Positions 35,561 through 48,091 are shown, numbered from the stretch's first letter. The stretch: DNA of 64,000 nucleotides from Centroscyllium fabricii (GCA_051313645.2 JBNRSN020000010.1:131006001-131070000), one strand, 5' to 3'. Made by a program: numbers and translations. Notes: generated by a model not told the origin, from the sequence alone.

Positions 35561-35863
35561 AATGCTTGTGGGCTTGAGCAATAAAAAATGGAGAATGACT
35601 TTCCCCACGAGAATCATGTCATCGAAACAATGTGGCCAAGTTTGGCAAACAGGGCGAAACTAACCAATTCAAAGAACCCAGTTCAAATGTGCAGCATAAT
35701 GCCTATTCAGAATTGCTGGTCAAACCTGTCTGAGCACAATAGAAAATGCTCGAAATACACAGCAGGCCAGTCACAAAGTACTTGTCAATTACTGGCTCTT
35801 TATTGATGCTGATCGACCGGCTGTACATTTCAGTATTTTCTGTTTTTTATTTCAATTCCAGTA

Positions 35864-36561
35864 CAGGTTGAACACCGTTAATCCGATCCCCGAAAAACCG
35901 GCAGCTTCAGACGTCCGGCACAGATTTTACCGACTGGCCGGCGCATGCGCAGACCATTCAAAATGGCTGTCGTCGGAGCTGGGCATCCCTTTCGCCTAAC
36001 AGATACTCACTGGATCCCAGCTTAGTGACCACCCCGATGCCGATGGTGGGGTCCCAGGCCCAGAGGATGAGCTGTGGTGCCAGCTGTCTTTTGCAGGGCG
36101 CAGTGCAGCCAAGATTCGGTGTTTGGCTCCACCGTCGCTGCCGGGGGCGCCTGCCTGGCTGCGTGCTGACGTCACCGCGTTCCGAGGCTGGCGTGCGTTG
36201 GCGTCACTTGGGCCGCGCATTGGGCCTCGGCCCCGCTGGAGCCGTGCAGCCCGCTCCCTGGTCCACCATGGGCAGCAGAGTCGAGTGCGTCTTTTGGGTC
36301 CCACCCGACCCTTGGGCCGAGGATCACCTTCCAGGTACCGCCGGGCGCATGCGCGAACCATTCGGGGTTTCGTGGTGGTCATTTTGGATGATCTGCGCAT
36401 GCACCGCCGAATGGCGAGCGCATGCGCAGACCATTCAGAGTTTCGCGGCGGCCATTTTGGATGATCTGGCCATGCGCCGCCGAGGCTTCGCTCATTTGGC
36501 TTTTTCAGTGTTCCGGCACGGGCTCTGTCCCGGCCGCGCCGGAATAACGGTGCTCAACCTG
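35864..36561 (-). mobile_element. Tigger-like MITE, same family as 6032-6741, opposite orientation
   Basis: TA|CAGGTTGAACACCGTTAATCCG ... CCGGAATAACGGTGCTCAACCTG|TA; about 55-bp terminal blocks shared with the 6032 element. Confidence 0.88.
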
Positions 36562-37481
36562 TATTTGCATTTTTTGCTTTTCCAGTTCCCCGCATAATAA
36601 TTACTTTGAGCATTATGGGGGGCTTGTCCGCTCCAGGTCAATTGAGCACTGGACTCGAGACACAAGGTAGGTTGCAAGCTGGCAGTAATTAATTCCCTGC
36701 CTGCCATATCAGCCTGTATCTTCCATTCATTATACATCGTCTAGCCAGTATTGTCGTTAAATGATTCATTTTAATGCAAACTTTTAAAAATTTACACTAA
36801 ATCATTTGATGGTGCACTTCAGGACTGAATCAGGGGCAGTGGCTACATAATTATTTTAACAATCTATGGGAGATTTGTTGGGTGAATTGTTTTTACTTTC
36901 TCTGTTCATTAAGAAATAAGAGGTTTCAAACGTGGTAGTTGTACCATATATGTCCAGTGCACCAGGTGCCTTTGTATGGTGATATATAAATGCTGGTTTC
37001 TGCGGCAATAAAGGTTTGGTGCAACATTTGAGGTGAATTTCAGCGCAGTCGTCCCTATTAAGAAATTGTGTTCTGATGAAGCGGAGTATAAATGAATCGG
37101 CGAGAAAAGGGATTGAGGAATGTAGTGAATAGGCAGATAAATGGGATTACGATCAATCAAAAAGGGATGGGCTAAATAGCCTTTTCCAGTTGCTATATCA
37201 CTGCAAGGGTCCTGGTTTAATTGACAGATAATGTGGATCCTTGCCCATTGGGCTCAGTGAGGCCCAGGCAGTTCTCAGTTGTGTGTTTAACTCTAGTTTT
37301 CAGGACAAGGCCACCTCTTGTAATTAAAAACCAATCTTGCAGTGAACTTAACTGCTATAAAAAAAAAAGTAATTTTGTATTAAAGACTGTACTGTTGTGA
37401 TAAGTAAACAACCCTAAAATCTGACTGCTTTTTATTTTGCATCATGTTCGTATTGAAATCAATCTAATTTACTCTTTGCAG

Positions 37482-37565
37482 CTTAGAAAACAGAGCAATC
37501 ATCTAGCATCTGAGTTGGAAACGGTGGAATCGGAGAGAGCCACTTGTGTAACTGAAGTCAGAGAA
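37482..37565 (+). CDS. KTN1: KTN1 84-nt exon LRKQSNHLASELETVESERATCVTEVRE
   Basis: TTGCAG| acceptor, |GTAGGT donor; matches human '..ERSTYVTEVRE'. Confidence 0.95.
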
Positions 37566-37599
37566 GTAGGTCTTATTTTCATTGAATATCCATTATTAC

Positions 37600-38718
37600 A
37601 AAAGGATTGGAGTACAAGAGTGAAGACGTATTGTTGCAATTACACAGGGCCTTGGTGAGACCACAGCTAAAGTACTGTGTACAGTTTTGGTCTCCTTACC
37701 TATGGAAGGATATACAGGAATCCGGCACCGACTGGACCGGCGTGTTGCTGGTTGATCAAAAATTCCGGGTGATGGAGAGGGTTGTCTACCGAGGCTATTT
37801 TTAAAAAAGAAAAAAAAAACAAGAAATGTGCAGTAGACAGTAATTGGGTACTCACCTACAGAATGTTGTGTTAAATGGATGGTGGAAGATGCTTTATTAA
37901 GTACAGTACTGCCAGTTGAGGGTAATGCAATGCAGTAACTACCAGCAGCATGAGAGACACATAGTACCCCAGTAAAATGGCGGGTCAGAAGAGACTACCG
38001 GCAGCGCGGGAGATTCAGCCTCCTGTTACAGGGGTATTGAGGTGTTCCGACTTCCGACAGCACCAAGAAGCAGAGTAGTGGCAGTTTGGCGAACTACCCC
38101 CACTGACTAACTCAGCTACCGCGGGAGACTCTGACTCGGCGACATTTCTGGTTATTGAGGTGTTGTTTTCGGTGTGAGAATTTTGCCGGTTAGTAGAGAA
38201 TACCGGATATTTAGGTGCCGTTTAAACAATAGTTTCATGTACTTGCCTCAGAGGGAGTGCAACAAAGGTTCACCAGACTGATTCCTGGGATGGGAGATGT
38301 CTTATGAGGAGAGATTGAGGAGACTATGCCTATATTTTCTAGAATTTAGAAGTATGAGAGGTGATCTCATTGAGACATGAAATTCACAGCTTGACAGGAT
38401 AGATGTTGGGAGGAAGTTTCCCCCGGCTGAGGTGTTTAGAACTAGTAAGTCACAGTCTCTGAATAAGGGGTCAGCCATTTAAGACTGTGAGAAATTGCTT
38501 TGCACAAAGGGTTGAGAATTTTTGGAATTCTCTACCCCAGAGGGCTGTGGATGTTGAGTGGTTAAGTATATTCAAGACTGAGATCAATATATTTTTAGAT
38601 ATTAATGGATATGGGGATAGTGGGAAGGTGAAGGTGAGGTAGAAGATCGACCATGATCTTCTTGAATGGTGGAACAGGCTAAAAGGGCCGAATGGCCTAC
38701 TCTTGCTCCTATTTCTTA
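37600..38718 (+). mobile_element. CR1 3' fragment interrupted by a MITE
   Basis: EYKSEDVLLQLHRALVRPQLKYCVQFWSPY; the CR1 resumes at 38240 (GATATA|CTTGCC junction). Confidence 0.85.
37715..38239. mobile_element. Degenerate Tigger-like MITE inserted at a TA in CR1
   Basis: TA on both sides exactly at the CR1 break; CAGG..ATCCGGCAC left end and GGTGCCG..TTCATG right end. Confidence 0.7.
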
Positions 38719-38947
38719 ACGCTCTGATATTTTTCAAAACTTTGTTGCATTCCATACTTTTTAGGATTGTTGCAGCTGCAGAAAGTAAGCCAAACCAAAC
38801 GGGTGGTGACCTTGCATTTTGTTCAAAAATTACTTCCCACACATAACAATCAAGAAGTCTTAAACCTTTAACAATTTGCCAGCCTAATTTAAATGTTTAT
38901 GTACCATCCCATGGACAGTTTAAATTGGGTTTTAAACTTCATTTCAG

Positions 38948-39031
38948 CTCAAAGTTCTGTTGACTGAATTACAGAAAAAACTTGATGATTCTTGTGCTGA
39001 AGCAATAAAGCAGAATGAAGAACTAAATTTG
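38948..39031 (+). CDS. KTN1: KTN1 84-nt exon LKVLLTELQKKLDDSCAEAIKQNEELNL
   Basis: TTCAG| acceptor, |GTAAGA donor; matches human 'LKDLLTELQKKLDDSYSEAVRQNEELNL'. Confidence 0.97.
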
Positions 39032-39653
39032 GTAAGAAATTCCTTGTAACTGTGTTCATACTTTTTCCAAAAGATGCTTATTAAATTTTATGGCAGCACA
39101 TAGTAGTGCACAGTATGTCCTGTACTAATATGCCTTATAATTAATACATCAATGGCCAGTGCATTTTAACCCATTGACTAAAATAAACTTGTATTACATT
39201 TCATGAGCTGCTTCAAGGCATTAACCCTGTGGAATCTGTTTAAACTGTTCTATTTTTTTTAATGGAAATAAACGTCACACCTCTAACATTCTCTGAAAGT
39301 AATGCATATAACCAAGATACAGTACAATGGTAATTTAAGCAAAATTAAAATTTGTTTGTGTGGGAGGAGAAGATAATTTAGAGAACTTCATAATCAACTA
39401 GTAATCAACTAGAATTTGGCAATCTGAGATTGTTGTGCCTGGACTGAAATGAAGTGACATAGCTCACAGGTTCAACAATTTATTCAAAAGTGTAAATAGA
39501 ATTTAAGAATTGCACAAGCTGCGTTCGCTGATGCCACAAAAATGTATTGCTAATTGAGGCAGTGGCAGTAATAAATGCATATTGTAGAGATTAGGTTGTC
39601 TCTGGTCTTTCCGATAATCGGGATCGACTGCAAACCAATATGGTGGGAACATT

Positions 39654-40363
39654 GGCCCAGAAATTCGGGTTGGAGGCTTCCCGCGAGTGCAAGCCTCCAA
39701 CCCACACTTATCTAGCGCGCCGGCCATTGAGCAGTGCATCCGCATGGACTTCCGATGTTGGGCCCTCCTGAACTCCGGATCGCAGCGGCGAAGATATTGC
39801 GAGGCTTCGTGCAGGATCACGTGGGCTGCGGAGAACCAATCCGAGCACAGAATGCTCCATTCATAAGTTTGACAGGAAGACCTGTCAAACTTATGAATAC
39901 TACAACCCCAAACCCTCAGTAAATCTTCAAATAATTTTTTTTTAAAAAACATCTCATTTTAAAAACTATCAATGACATAAATTAGCTATTTTAAACAAAA
40001 ATTAAAAATTTTGGAAAAAATAATTGAAGTATTTAACGGGGGTAAAAAGCAACTTACCTTTGTATTTAAAAATGAAAAACCTGTGGAAATGTTTTTTTAA
40101 ATTCCAATTAATTCACCACTTACCTGCTGAAAAGGGGTCTTTGCGCTTGAAAATAGGAGCCGTATCTTTTTCCAATACTTAAAATCACAAGTGCATTGCG
40201 CACCCGCTGCTGCGCACGCGTTACGATCCCTGACCCCTTTCAGTGGATCGGACGTGCCGGTTTCGCGCGCATGCATGGTGCATGCCGGAAGCCGGCACTT
40301 CCGATGGGCCTACGTGTGAGTACCCCGTGCGTACTCATGCGTTGGGACCCTAATTTCTGCCTC
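39654..40363. mobile_element. PIF/Harbinger-like MITE
   Basis: ATT|GGCCCAGAAATTCGGGT ... ACCCTAATTTCTGCCTC|ATT; same architecture as 27836-28707. Confidence 0.78.
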
Positions 40364-41479
40364 ATTGTGTTTAATCAGAGTTTCAGACTGAATATAACAC
40401 ACTAGTTATACAGCAAAAACATACGACCGTGGCAAGCAGCTGGCATGCGCAAACAGTTCTTTGGCTTCCTCTCGTCTAGAACCTCCAAGAATGGGTCCAC
40501 TCTCAGAAGAATGTTAGACCAGCCCCACTCTTATATGGCTCTCCCCTCCACTGTCTGTGCTAAGAACTTTTCAGGTCTTGCTTTTATTCCCCTTTTAGGG
40601 GTGGGCTTGATATACAATATGGACAGGACCATTTAACCTGTAAGGGTCCTTCTTAAACCAAGATGCCCAATGGTATGTCGAGTTCATTGTCTTAACTTTC
40701 AGATGAAAACCCTCCTAAAGGGGTCTCATGCTCTTGCCAATTTGTGTTTCCTGTTTATACATTCTGAAGGCCTATCCATCTGGTTTCCTCAGAACTCTCC
40801 TATCCTTATCCTCCCAAATTTTGAGTCAGCATGCCATTCTTGGCCTTCAGATGTTCGAAGCTGCTTGTTATCAGTTATTTATGTTCACGCTGTTCATGTA
40901 GCTTTAGCTATGCAAAACTAACTCTTTCATTCCATTATCAGACTATTGGACCATGGAATGAGTCATTAAATTCCCAAAGATATCTTCTATTCTATTCTCA
41001 CACACTGGTTAACTTGTGCATTTTAAAGCAGTTTTGTTAAACAAAGTCAAAATCCTAACTTGGCATTATTATATGGTTATTAGCAGTAATGGAAGAAACA
41101 TAGGCATTGGGCCTTGGTTGGCTAAATCAAAGATACATAAAACAAAGTTGAAATCCTAACTTACAAAACAGCAGATAGCTAGCCTGGAAATAAGGTCATA
41201 TATGACCGCCACGGTGCAGAATGTTATAACATCCGCAGGGAACCAAAAACATGAAGCAAATTCTAAGAATCTATCCAGCTATTCTAATACTAGTCTGAAG
41301 ATACACTTTTGTCTCAAGTTCTAATACAGTCATGCAAACACAGTCTTATTCATGTCACAATTTCATTTGCATAACCCCATACCCTAATTTCTAACTGTTT
41401 CTGCCATTTGATTATGCATAATATAATTGCTTCTGTTAGATATCTCCCTTCGATTTGCTCCCCATTGTGCCTTAAAGCG

Positions 41480-41880
41480 GTGGTTGATGAGTCACAGACA
41501 GGAGATAGGTCCCAGTTTTAATTACCTCACCAGTCTGTGCTGATTTTGATCTCTATCAGGGAAGAACAGTACTGCAACAATTTAGTTTTTCTATCATGGT
41601 TACAGTGGGGAAAATCCGACAGGGATCCCAGTCCCACTACTGTTTGCTTTTCAGTAAGTCTTGTTTGAAGTGCACAAGTGGATTAGCATGAGGACCACGC
41701 CAGGTTTAGTTGTGATTTCCCCATCAGTCTGAATTACCTGCCGACACTTGCTGTGTAGGGGCACGTGAAGATTAATCACTTGGGTGTGGTGCCAGAAGTT
41801 GTCTGGCACCCACAGAACCATCTCTCAGGAAAGAATGAATGCCTTCAGGTGTGGAAGGGGAGAAAATTGGCAAAAAAAGG
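41480..41880 (+). mobile_element. Ancient SINE-like repeat (related pieces near 22100-22400 on +, 2880-3060 and 58250-58560 on -)
   Basis: Shared degenerate blocks between these locations and an A-rich 3' end; family not identified. Confidence 0.4.
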
Positions 41881-41927
41881 ACCAAATTAATTAACCAAAT
41901 TAAATTGCTTCTTGTTTTTACTTGCAG

Positions 41928-42011
41928 CTCAAAACTCAGTTAAATGAAACATTAACAAAACTGAAGACTGAACAGAATGAGGCACAGAAAGTGGTTTCCA
42001 AGCTGTATGAG
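41928..42011 (+). CDS. KTN1: KTN1 84-nt exon LKTQLNETLTKLKTEQNEAQKVVSKLYE
   Basis: TTGCAG| acceptor, GAG|GTAAAA donor; matches human 'LKAQLNETLTKLRTEQNERQKVAGDLHK'. Confidence 0.97.
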
Positions 42012-42244
42012 GTAAAATTCAGTGTTTGCTGTATCAAATGTGTTGCAAGGTATACGTAATAATGACCAACCTCCAGTATAGATCACTTTATAAGCAATTT
42101 TGTTGAGCCTACCCAAATGTTTTGCATTTTATTTTTGTTTGTATGGAATTTGCAGGTTTTAGCGCATATTCATATATCCCTAAACTGTAAACTTCTATGT
42201 GGCTTAAGTAACGTTTAAATGAGAGAAAATATGCAAACAAAGCA

Positions 42245-42965
42245 CGAGGGTTCATTTCTGGAGGAACAGATTTTAAAAGCAGGGAAGTTATGTTAAACTT
42301 GTATAGAACCTTGGTTTAGACCACATTTGAGTACTTAACTTGCGTTCTGGTCTCCATATTACAAAAAGCATATCGAGGCACTGGAGATGGTGTAAAAAAA
42401 GATTTAAAAGGATGGTACTAGAACTAAGAAGTTATAACTATTGAGAGAGACTGGACAAGCTTGGTGCTCTTTTCTCCAGCAAAGAGAAGGCTGACGGGTG
42501 ACCTAATAGGTCATTTAAAAATTATGAAGAGGTTTGATAGGGTAGATGTAGAGAAGATCTTTCCACTTGTGGGGGATACCAAAACTATGGGCCATCAATA
42601 TAGGTTAGTCACGAATAAATCCAACAAAGAATTCAGGAGAAGCCTCTTTGCCCAGAGAGGGGTTAGAATGTGGAACTTGCTACCACAAGTAGTAGTTGAG
42701 GCGAATAGCTTCGATTCATTTAAGGAAAACCTAGATAAGTACATGAGGAAGAAAGGAATAGATGGATATGCAGATAGAGTTAGATGAAGGCGGGTGGGAG
42801 TGGGCACGTCTGGAGTACAAACACTGGCACAGACCAGTTGGGCCTAATGGCCTGTTTCTGTGCTGTAAGAAGGCTACTCACCACCATCTTCTCAAGGGTA
42901 ATTAGGGATGGGCACTAAATGCAGGCCTAACCAGCCAGCGGACGCCCACATTCCATCAATGAATA
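42245..42965 (+). mobile_element. CR1 3' fragment followed directly by a short L2-like LINE 3' tail (42868-42965)
   Basis: RRLTGDLI..FAQRGVRMWNLLP peptide; the tail matches the 3' end of the 14180-15415 family. Confidence 0.82.
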
Positions 42966-43307
42966 AAAATGTGTTTTTAAAAATTCTATGTGGAGAGAAC
43001 ATTTATCAACACTAATTTGAAGTGAGAGAAGGGGGAAGGGAAGATTTATACAAGCACTTCTGTTTTATAGATCTCACTGCTGATGCACTGTAGCAGAAAT
43101 GTTTCCCACAATTCAGGTTTTTGCAGAACTGCTGCGGACTGAAAACCATTGCTTGACATGTATAACAGAACAAGCTTAATCTTAACTGTTGAATATTTAC
43201 ATTCTGTAATTCCACCTTGTTCTTTTTAATGTAGCTTTTTTAAAATTATTTTTTCCTTTTTTGAAGAATTTTATATCTTGAAGCTTTAAAATACTTCTAT
43301 TTCACAG

Positions 43308-43400
43308 GCACAAGGATCTTTGAACATTATTCAGGCAGAAATAGCAAGAACCGCAAGAGATGGCAATGTCGTAGAAAATAGTGACGTTTCAGAAGAGAAG
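43308..43400 (+). CDS. KTN1: KTN1 93-nt exon AQGSLNIIQAEIARTARDGNVVENSDVSEEK
   Basis: CACAG| acceptor, AAG|GTGTGT donor; matches human 'AQQSLELIQSKIVKAAGDTTVIENSDVSPET'. Confidence 0.95.
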
Positions 43401-45006
43401 GTGTGTATGAATCTAAATGGACAAAATTGCACTTAACATACCAGATAAATGGCAGAAAAGACAGTCATGCAATTTTGTTTTCAGGTCAATACTGTTAGTA
43501 TAACTAATGAGTGAGAAGTACTAGCCAAGTTGGTACTATTCAGAATTGAATTCGAGTTAAATTCATGTCTTGTGAAATTATTTTTGATTATACTTCACGT
43601 CAAGATTTACCTGTGTTTGGATCTTTGCTTAGAACAGGCATTCCACTGATGGCTTTTACAGATATCGTCCATGTATGCTATGCGTTCATTGTCAGGAAAA
43701 TTTTCTTGGCTTTGTTGCTGAATTGACATCAACATATTTTTATTATTTTAATGCAATCATAGTTAACTTTACAGTTATCCAATAAACCTGAGCATTTAAA
43801 ATGTCTGTGTAGTCGTGTCCCATGCAGGAAAGATACCCAACAATTATATTCTATGAAAAGCACATAGTGCTGGTGGTAAATGAACAATCATTGTTTCTGC
43901 CGATTTGAGTATTAATGGAGCTTGATCTTTGGGGGAAAAATGGGTCTCCAGTGGAAGAAATGTTTTATAAGTAAGTGGACATGGTGTTGTGTTGGTAATG
44001 GTATATGATGTTTGGGAAGATGTTGATTTTGTGACAATTTAGCGGGGTGGTGATGTAGCAGTTTTAGATAATTGGGGAAGTGAGATGTAATGTGGGGTTG
44101 TAAATAGTTGGAGGAGAGGAGTGAATAGCTGCCTGAAGAGAAAATACAGATTTGTGTGGAAGGGTAACTAAAGTTTAATTTGTTTATTATACGGCTGTCC
44201 CAAAATGAAAAGCTCCACTAATATTTAAAAGGTAACAAAATGCCTTGCACTTAGATGGATATGAACATAGTTGAGATGGTGTTTGAGGCACAGCACCACT
44301 TATGGTGGAAGGACTGCAAGGTAAGTAAACTGGTAAGCATGAACAATTTAGTCATTTTAAGCAGATATTACTCAGGCATGAGAAGGTGTGAAAAAATTGT
44401 GACACATGAAACTCAGTTGATGGCTGGAGAGAGCACACCACAGACTCTGGTACAGGTGAGAGGGATGGGGCGAAAGCTACCAACACTTAAACGGTTGGGA
44501 GGCTTCAGAACGAGAGAAACACCCTGTTCATGTGGTGCGATAGGATAGAGAGAAAGAAATACCCTGGGAATGTAAGATGAGAGACAAATACTGTGGTGGG
44601 TGGAGGAGAGACACTCGCACATTGCGGGAAGAAGAGGAGATTGATCAAGAGACTCTGTGGCAAGAGAGACCTTGTTGAAGGGGATATGTAGAGAGAAACA
44701 GATGTGTGAAGGGGACTGGAGATGTAAGAAAGAACCTATATTTTTGGGGAGAGAGTAAGAATGCAACCCTGGAATGGAACAGGGAAGACACCGCATTTAT
44801 TGAACGTGGGGTGGGAGTTGCCCTCTTGAGGGAAAGGAGAAGAGACTCGGTTGCCAGAGAGAAGGGAAAAGGAATGTTTTGGGCTTTCTTCTGTACTCTT
44901 ACAGAACTTCAATATTCTAGTTAGCCAGGAATGCTGTAGTGGAAAATTAACTTAGTGTGACTTTATAGTTGAGTAACTTTTCACTAATTATAATGTTATT
45001 TTTCAG

Positions 45007-45150
45007 GAACAGTTCGATATCAAGAAGAAAATGTCAGTGGATCTCGATCAGGATATAATTCAACTGCAGCAGCTACTAAAAACTCTGATTCATCAGCTCT
45101 CAAAAGGAAGGGAAAACTCTCAAAATGTTATTTTCCAGCTTGAACAAAAG
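45007..45150 (+). CDS. KTN1: KTN1 144-nt exon EQFDIKKKMSVDLDQDIIQLQQLLKTLIHQLSKGRENSQNVIFQLEQK
   Basis: TTCAG| acceptor, AAG|GTACAA donor; resembles human 'KETMSVSLNQTVTQLQQLLQAVNQQLTKEKE'. Confidence 0.9.
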
Positions 45151-45554
45151 GTACAAAATAAATATTGAATTCCTGCCACATTCTGACTTGGTTTCCAAGT
45201 GTCTTGACTTGATGTATACCTTTCACAGCAACTACCTTTAAAAGCCTTTTGACATATTGAAGTGGAGCCGAAATAGTAATTTCCTTTTTTTGCGTGTGTG
45301 GGGTGTGGCAGTGGTGATCATTAAGTACATCTACACTTGCAGAAATAACAAGTCAATAATGTGAGCTTCAATTAGTGATGATCTGAATTTGTAATATAGT
45401 TGTACAATAAAATATAGTTCAGATATCTACTTCCAACATCTTCAAAGGGCTTGACATAATTCTAAAAATTCACTAGTATTAGTCAACATTTATAATTGAA
45501 TAGCCACAAAGCACATGCAGTTGGTTAAAATAGTTTAATTGAACAGAAAGACCA

Positions 45555-46990
45555 GTAATCATATAGACTGGACAAACCAAACTGGCAGAAGTCTTTCGGC
45601 AGATGAGTTCATGGAATGCATTCGAGACAGTTTTCTAGATCAATATGTCGAGGAACCAACTAGGGAACCAGCTATTTTAGATCTATTATTGTGTAATGAG
45701 ACAGGGTTAAATAGTAATCTTATAGTAAACGATCCTCTGGGGAAGAGTGTCATAATCTGATAGAATTTCACACTGAGTTTGAGAGTGACGCAAGTCCGAA
45801 ACGAGGATCTTAAATTTAAAGCCAATTACATAGGTATGAGGGGCGAGTTGGCTAAAGTAGATTGGGAACTGAGATTAAAAGACATGACCGTAGATAAGCA
45901 ATGGCAAATATTAAAAGAAATCATAATTCTCAACAGACATAAATTCCCTTGAGGAATGAAAACTCCGCTGGAAAGCGGTCCAACCATGGCTAACTAGGGA
46001 ACAGGCTATTTTAGATCTAGTATTGTATAATGAGACAGGGTTAAGATAAGTTAAGGATAGTATTAGATTAATAAAAGAGGCTTACAACATTGTCAAAAAG
46101 AGTAGTAAGCCTGAGGATTGGGAGGGTTTTAGAAATCGGCAAAGGATGACCAAGAAATTGACAGAGGGAGAAAATAGAATGAGTAAACGAGTAAGAAATA
46201 GCAAAACTGATTGTAAGAGCTTCTTCAAGTATGTAAAATGGACAAGATTAGCGAATGTAAACGTGGGTCTCGGAGGCAGAGAAATGAAGGGGAGTAAGAA
46301 AATCACAGACATTAAACAAATCTTTTGTATCTGTCTTCACAGTAGAAGACACACAAAACATACTGGAAATAGTGGGGATCCAAGGGTCAAATGAGACTAA
46401 GTAATATTAGTGAAGGAAAAGTACTGGAGAAATTAATGGGACCAAAAGTTGACACATCTCCTGGACCTGACGGCCTACGTCCTAGAGTTTTAAAAGAGGT
46501 GGCTGCAGAGATAGTGGATGCATTGATTCGAGAACAGTTCCTGTGGATTTGAAGGTAGCAAATTTAACCCTGCTATTCAAAAAAGGAAGGAGTGTAAACT
46601 GGGAACTATAGGCCAGTTGGCCTGACTTCAGTAGTAGGGAAAATGCTAGAATCTATTATTAGGTTCGTGGTAGCAGGGCACTTAGATAATCGTAATATGA
46701 TTAGGCAGAGTCAGCACAATTTTATGGAAGGAAAATCATGTTTGACATCTCTTTTTTTAGGGTGCAATTAGCAGGGTAGATAAGGGGGATCCTGTGGATG
46801 TATATTTAAATTTTCAAAAGGCACTCCATAAGGTGCCACATGAGGTTGTTGCACAAGATTAGGGCTCCTGGAATTGAGGTATGGGCGGGAAAGTAGAGTT
46901 GAGTTAGAAGATGAGCCATGATCTTATTGAATGGTGGTGCAGGCTCAAGGGGCTGTATGGCCGACTCCTGGTCCTGTATCTTATGTTCTT
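45555..46990 (+). mobile_element. Degenerate CR1 (endonuclease to RT remnants, internally deleted, with 3' end)
   Basis: FMECIRDSFLDQYVEEPTREPAILDLLLCN and KTDCKSFFKYVK remnants; CR1 tail. Confidence 0.85.
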
Positions 46991-47772
46991 CTGGCTGATC
47001 GTAATGCTGTCTACTCTGTTGTATACTTCATTAGACATTACTTGTTACTTCGTTATTGTTCTCGGTCAGAGCTAAAGAAGTTTCACATGGGAGCAGTACC
47101 TTTTTAAGGGTGCTTAAAATCATCACTGTCCGCCCATGTATGCACCTTTCCTCTTCTCACAGCAACAAAAAAACAATTTGTGGCATTTCACCAGTTTTTT
47201 CCTTTAACTTTGTTTCCATTGCTTTTGTTAAAAAAGAACATTTGAAATGTAGCATCTGTTTGTGGCCTGTTGCTTGGGCTCTGACTGACTGAGCATCACT
47301 TTTACCAATTAAAGAATGTGACCTAAAGTACATTTCAGTTCATATTTTCATAGGCTCATGGAAATTAAGCAAAATTGTTCATCCTTTCAAGCATGGTTGA
47401 AGATAACCTTGTCAGAAAATACTGCACCCTGGCACTTAGTGACTTGAGCTTACAGCAGCAACATTTTAAAACTGCAAATTAACAACTTCCCTTATGAGCT
47501 GTCTCTCTCATTTAGAACCTTTTTGTTTATAATCAAGTACTGCAAGGTCTATTTAATTCTTGGGAAACAGTCTGTCAGGAAGTACTCTGTGAAAATTATT
47601 GGTATATAGGCATGACGGTATTGAATCTAACCGGCATCAGCTCTGCTTCAATGAACAGTCCGTTAAGAGGCCAGTTAGTTACATCTATTTCAGGAGAAAA
47701 TTTAATTAGAAACACTGCGTAAAAAATGGGTGCTTTTAGTGCAGGTTTTAACAATTCTGATACAGTACAGTT

Positions 47773-48091
47773 GGGCGGCACGGTGACATAGTGGTTAGCA
47801 CTGTTGCCTCACAGCGCTAGAGACCCGGGTTCAAATCCGGCCTCGGGTGACTATCTGTGTGGAGTTTGCACAATCTCCCTGTGTCTGCATGGGTTTCCTC
47901 CGGGTGCTCCGGTTTCCTCCCACAGTCCAAAGATCTGCGGGTTAGGTTGGTTGGCCATGATAAATTGACCCTTGGTGTTCTGGGGATTAAATATGTGGGG
48001 TTACGGGGATAGGGTGGGATATGTGTCGGTGCAGGCTCGATGGGCCGAAATGGCCTCTCTCTGCACTGTAGGGATTCTATGATTCTATGAT
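47773..48091 (+). mobile_element. HE1-like V-SINE, copy 2
   Basis: Near-identical to 7940-8252; (GATTCTAT)2 tail. Confidence 0.88.

Noticed and set aside
40385-41330. Possible further LTR fragment
   Set aside because: Composition is suggestive but I could not define TG..CA termini or a TSD
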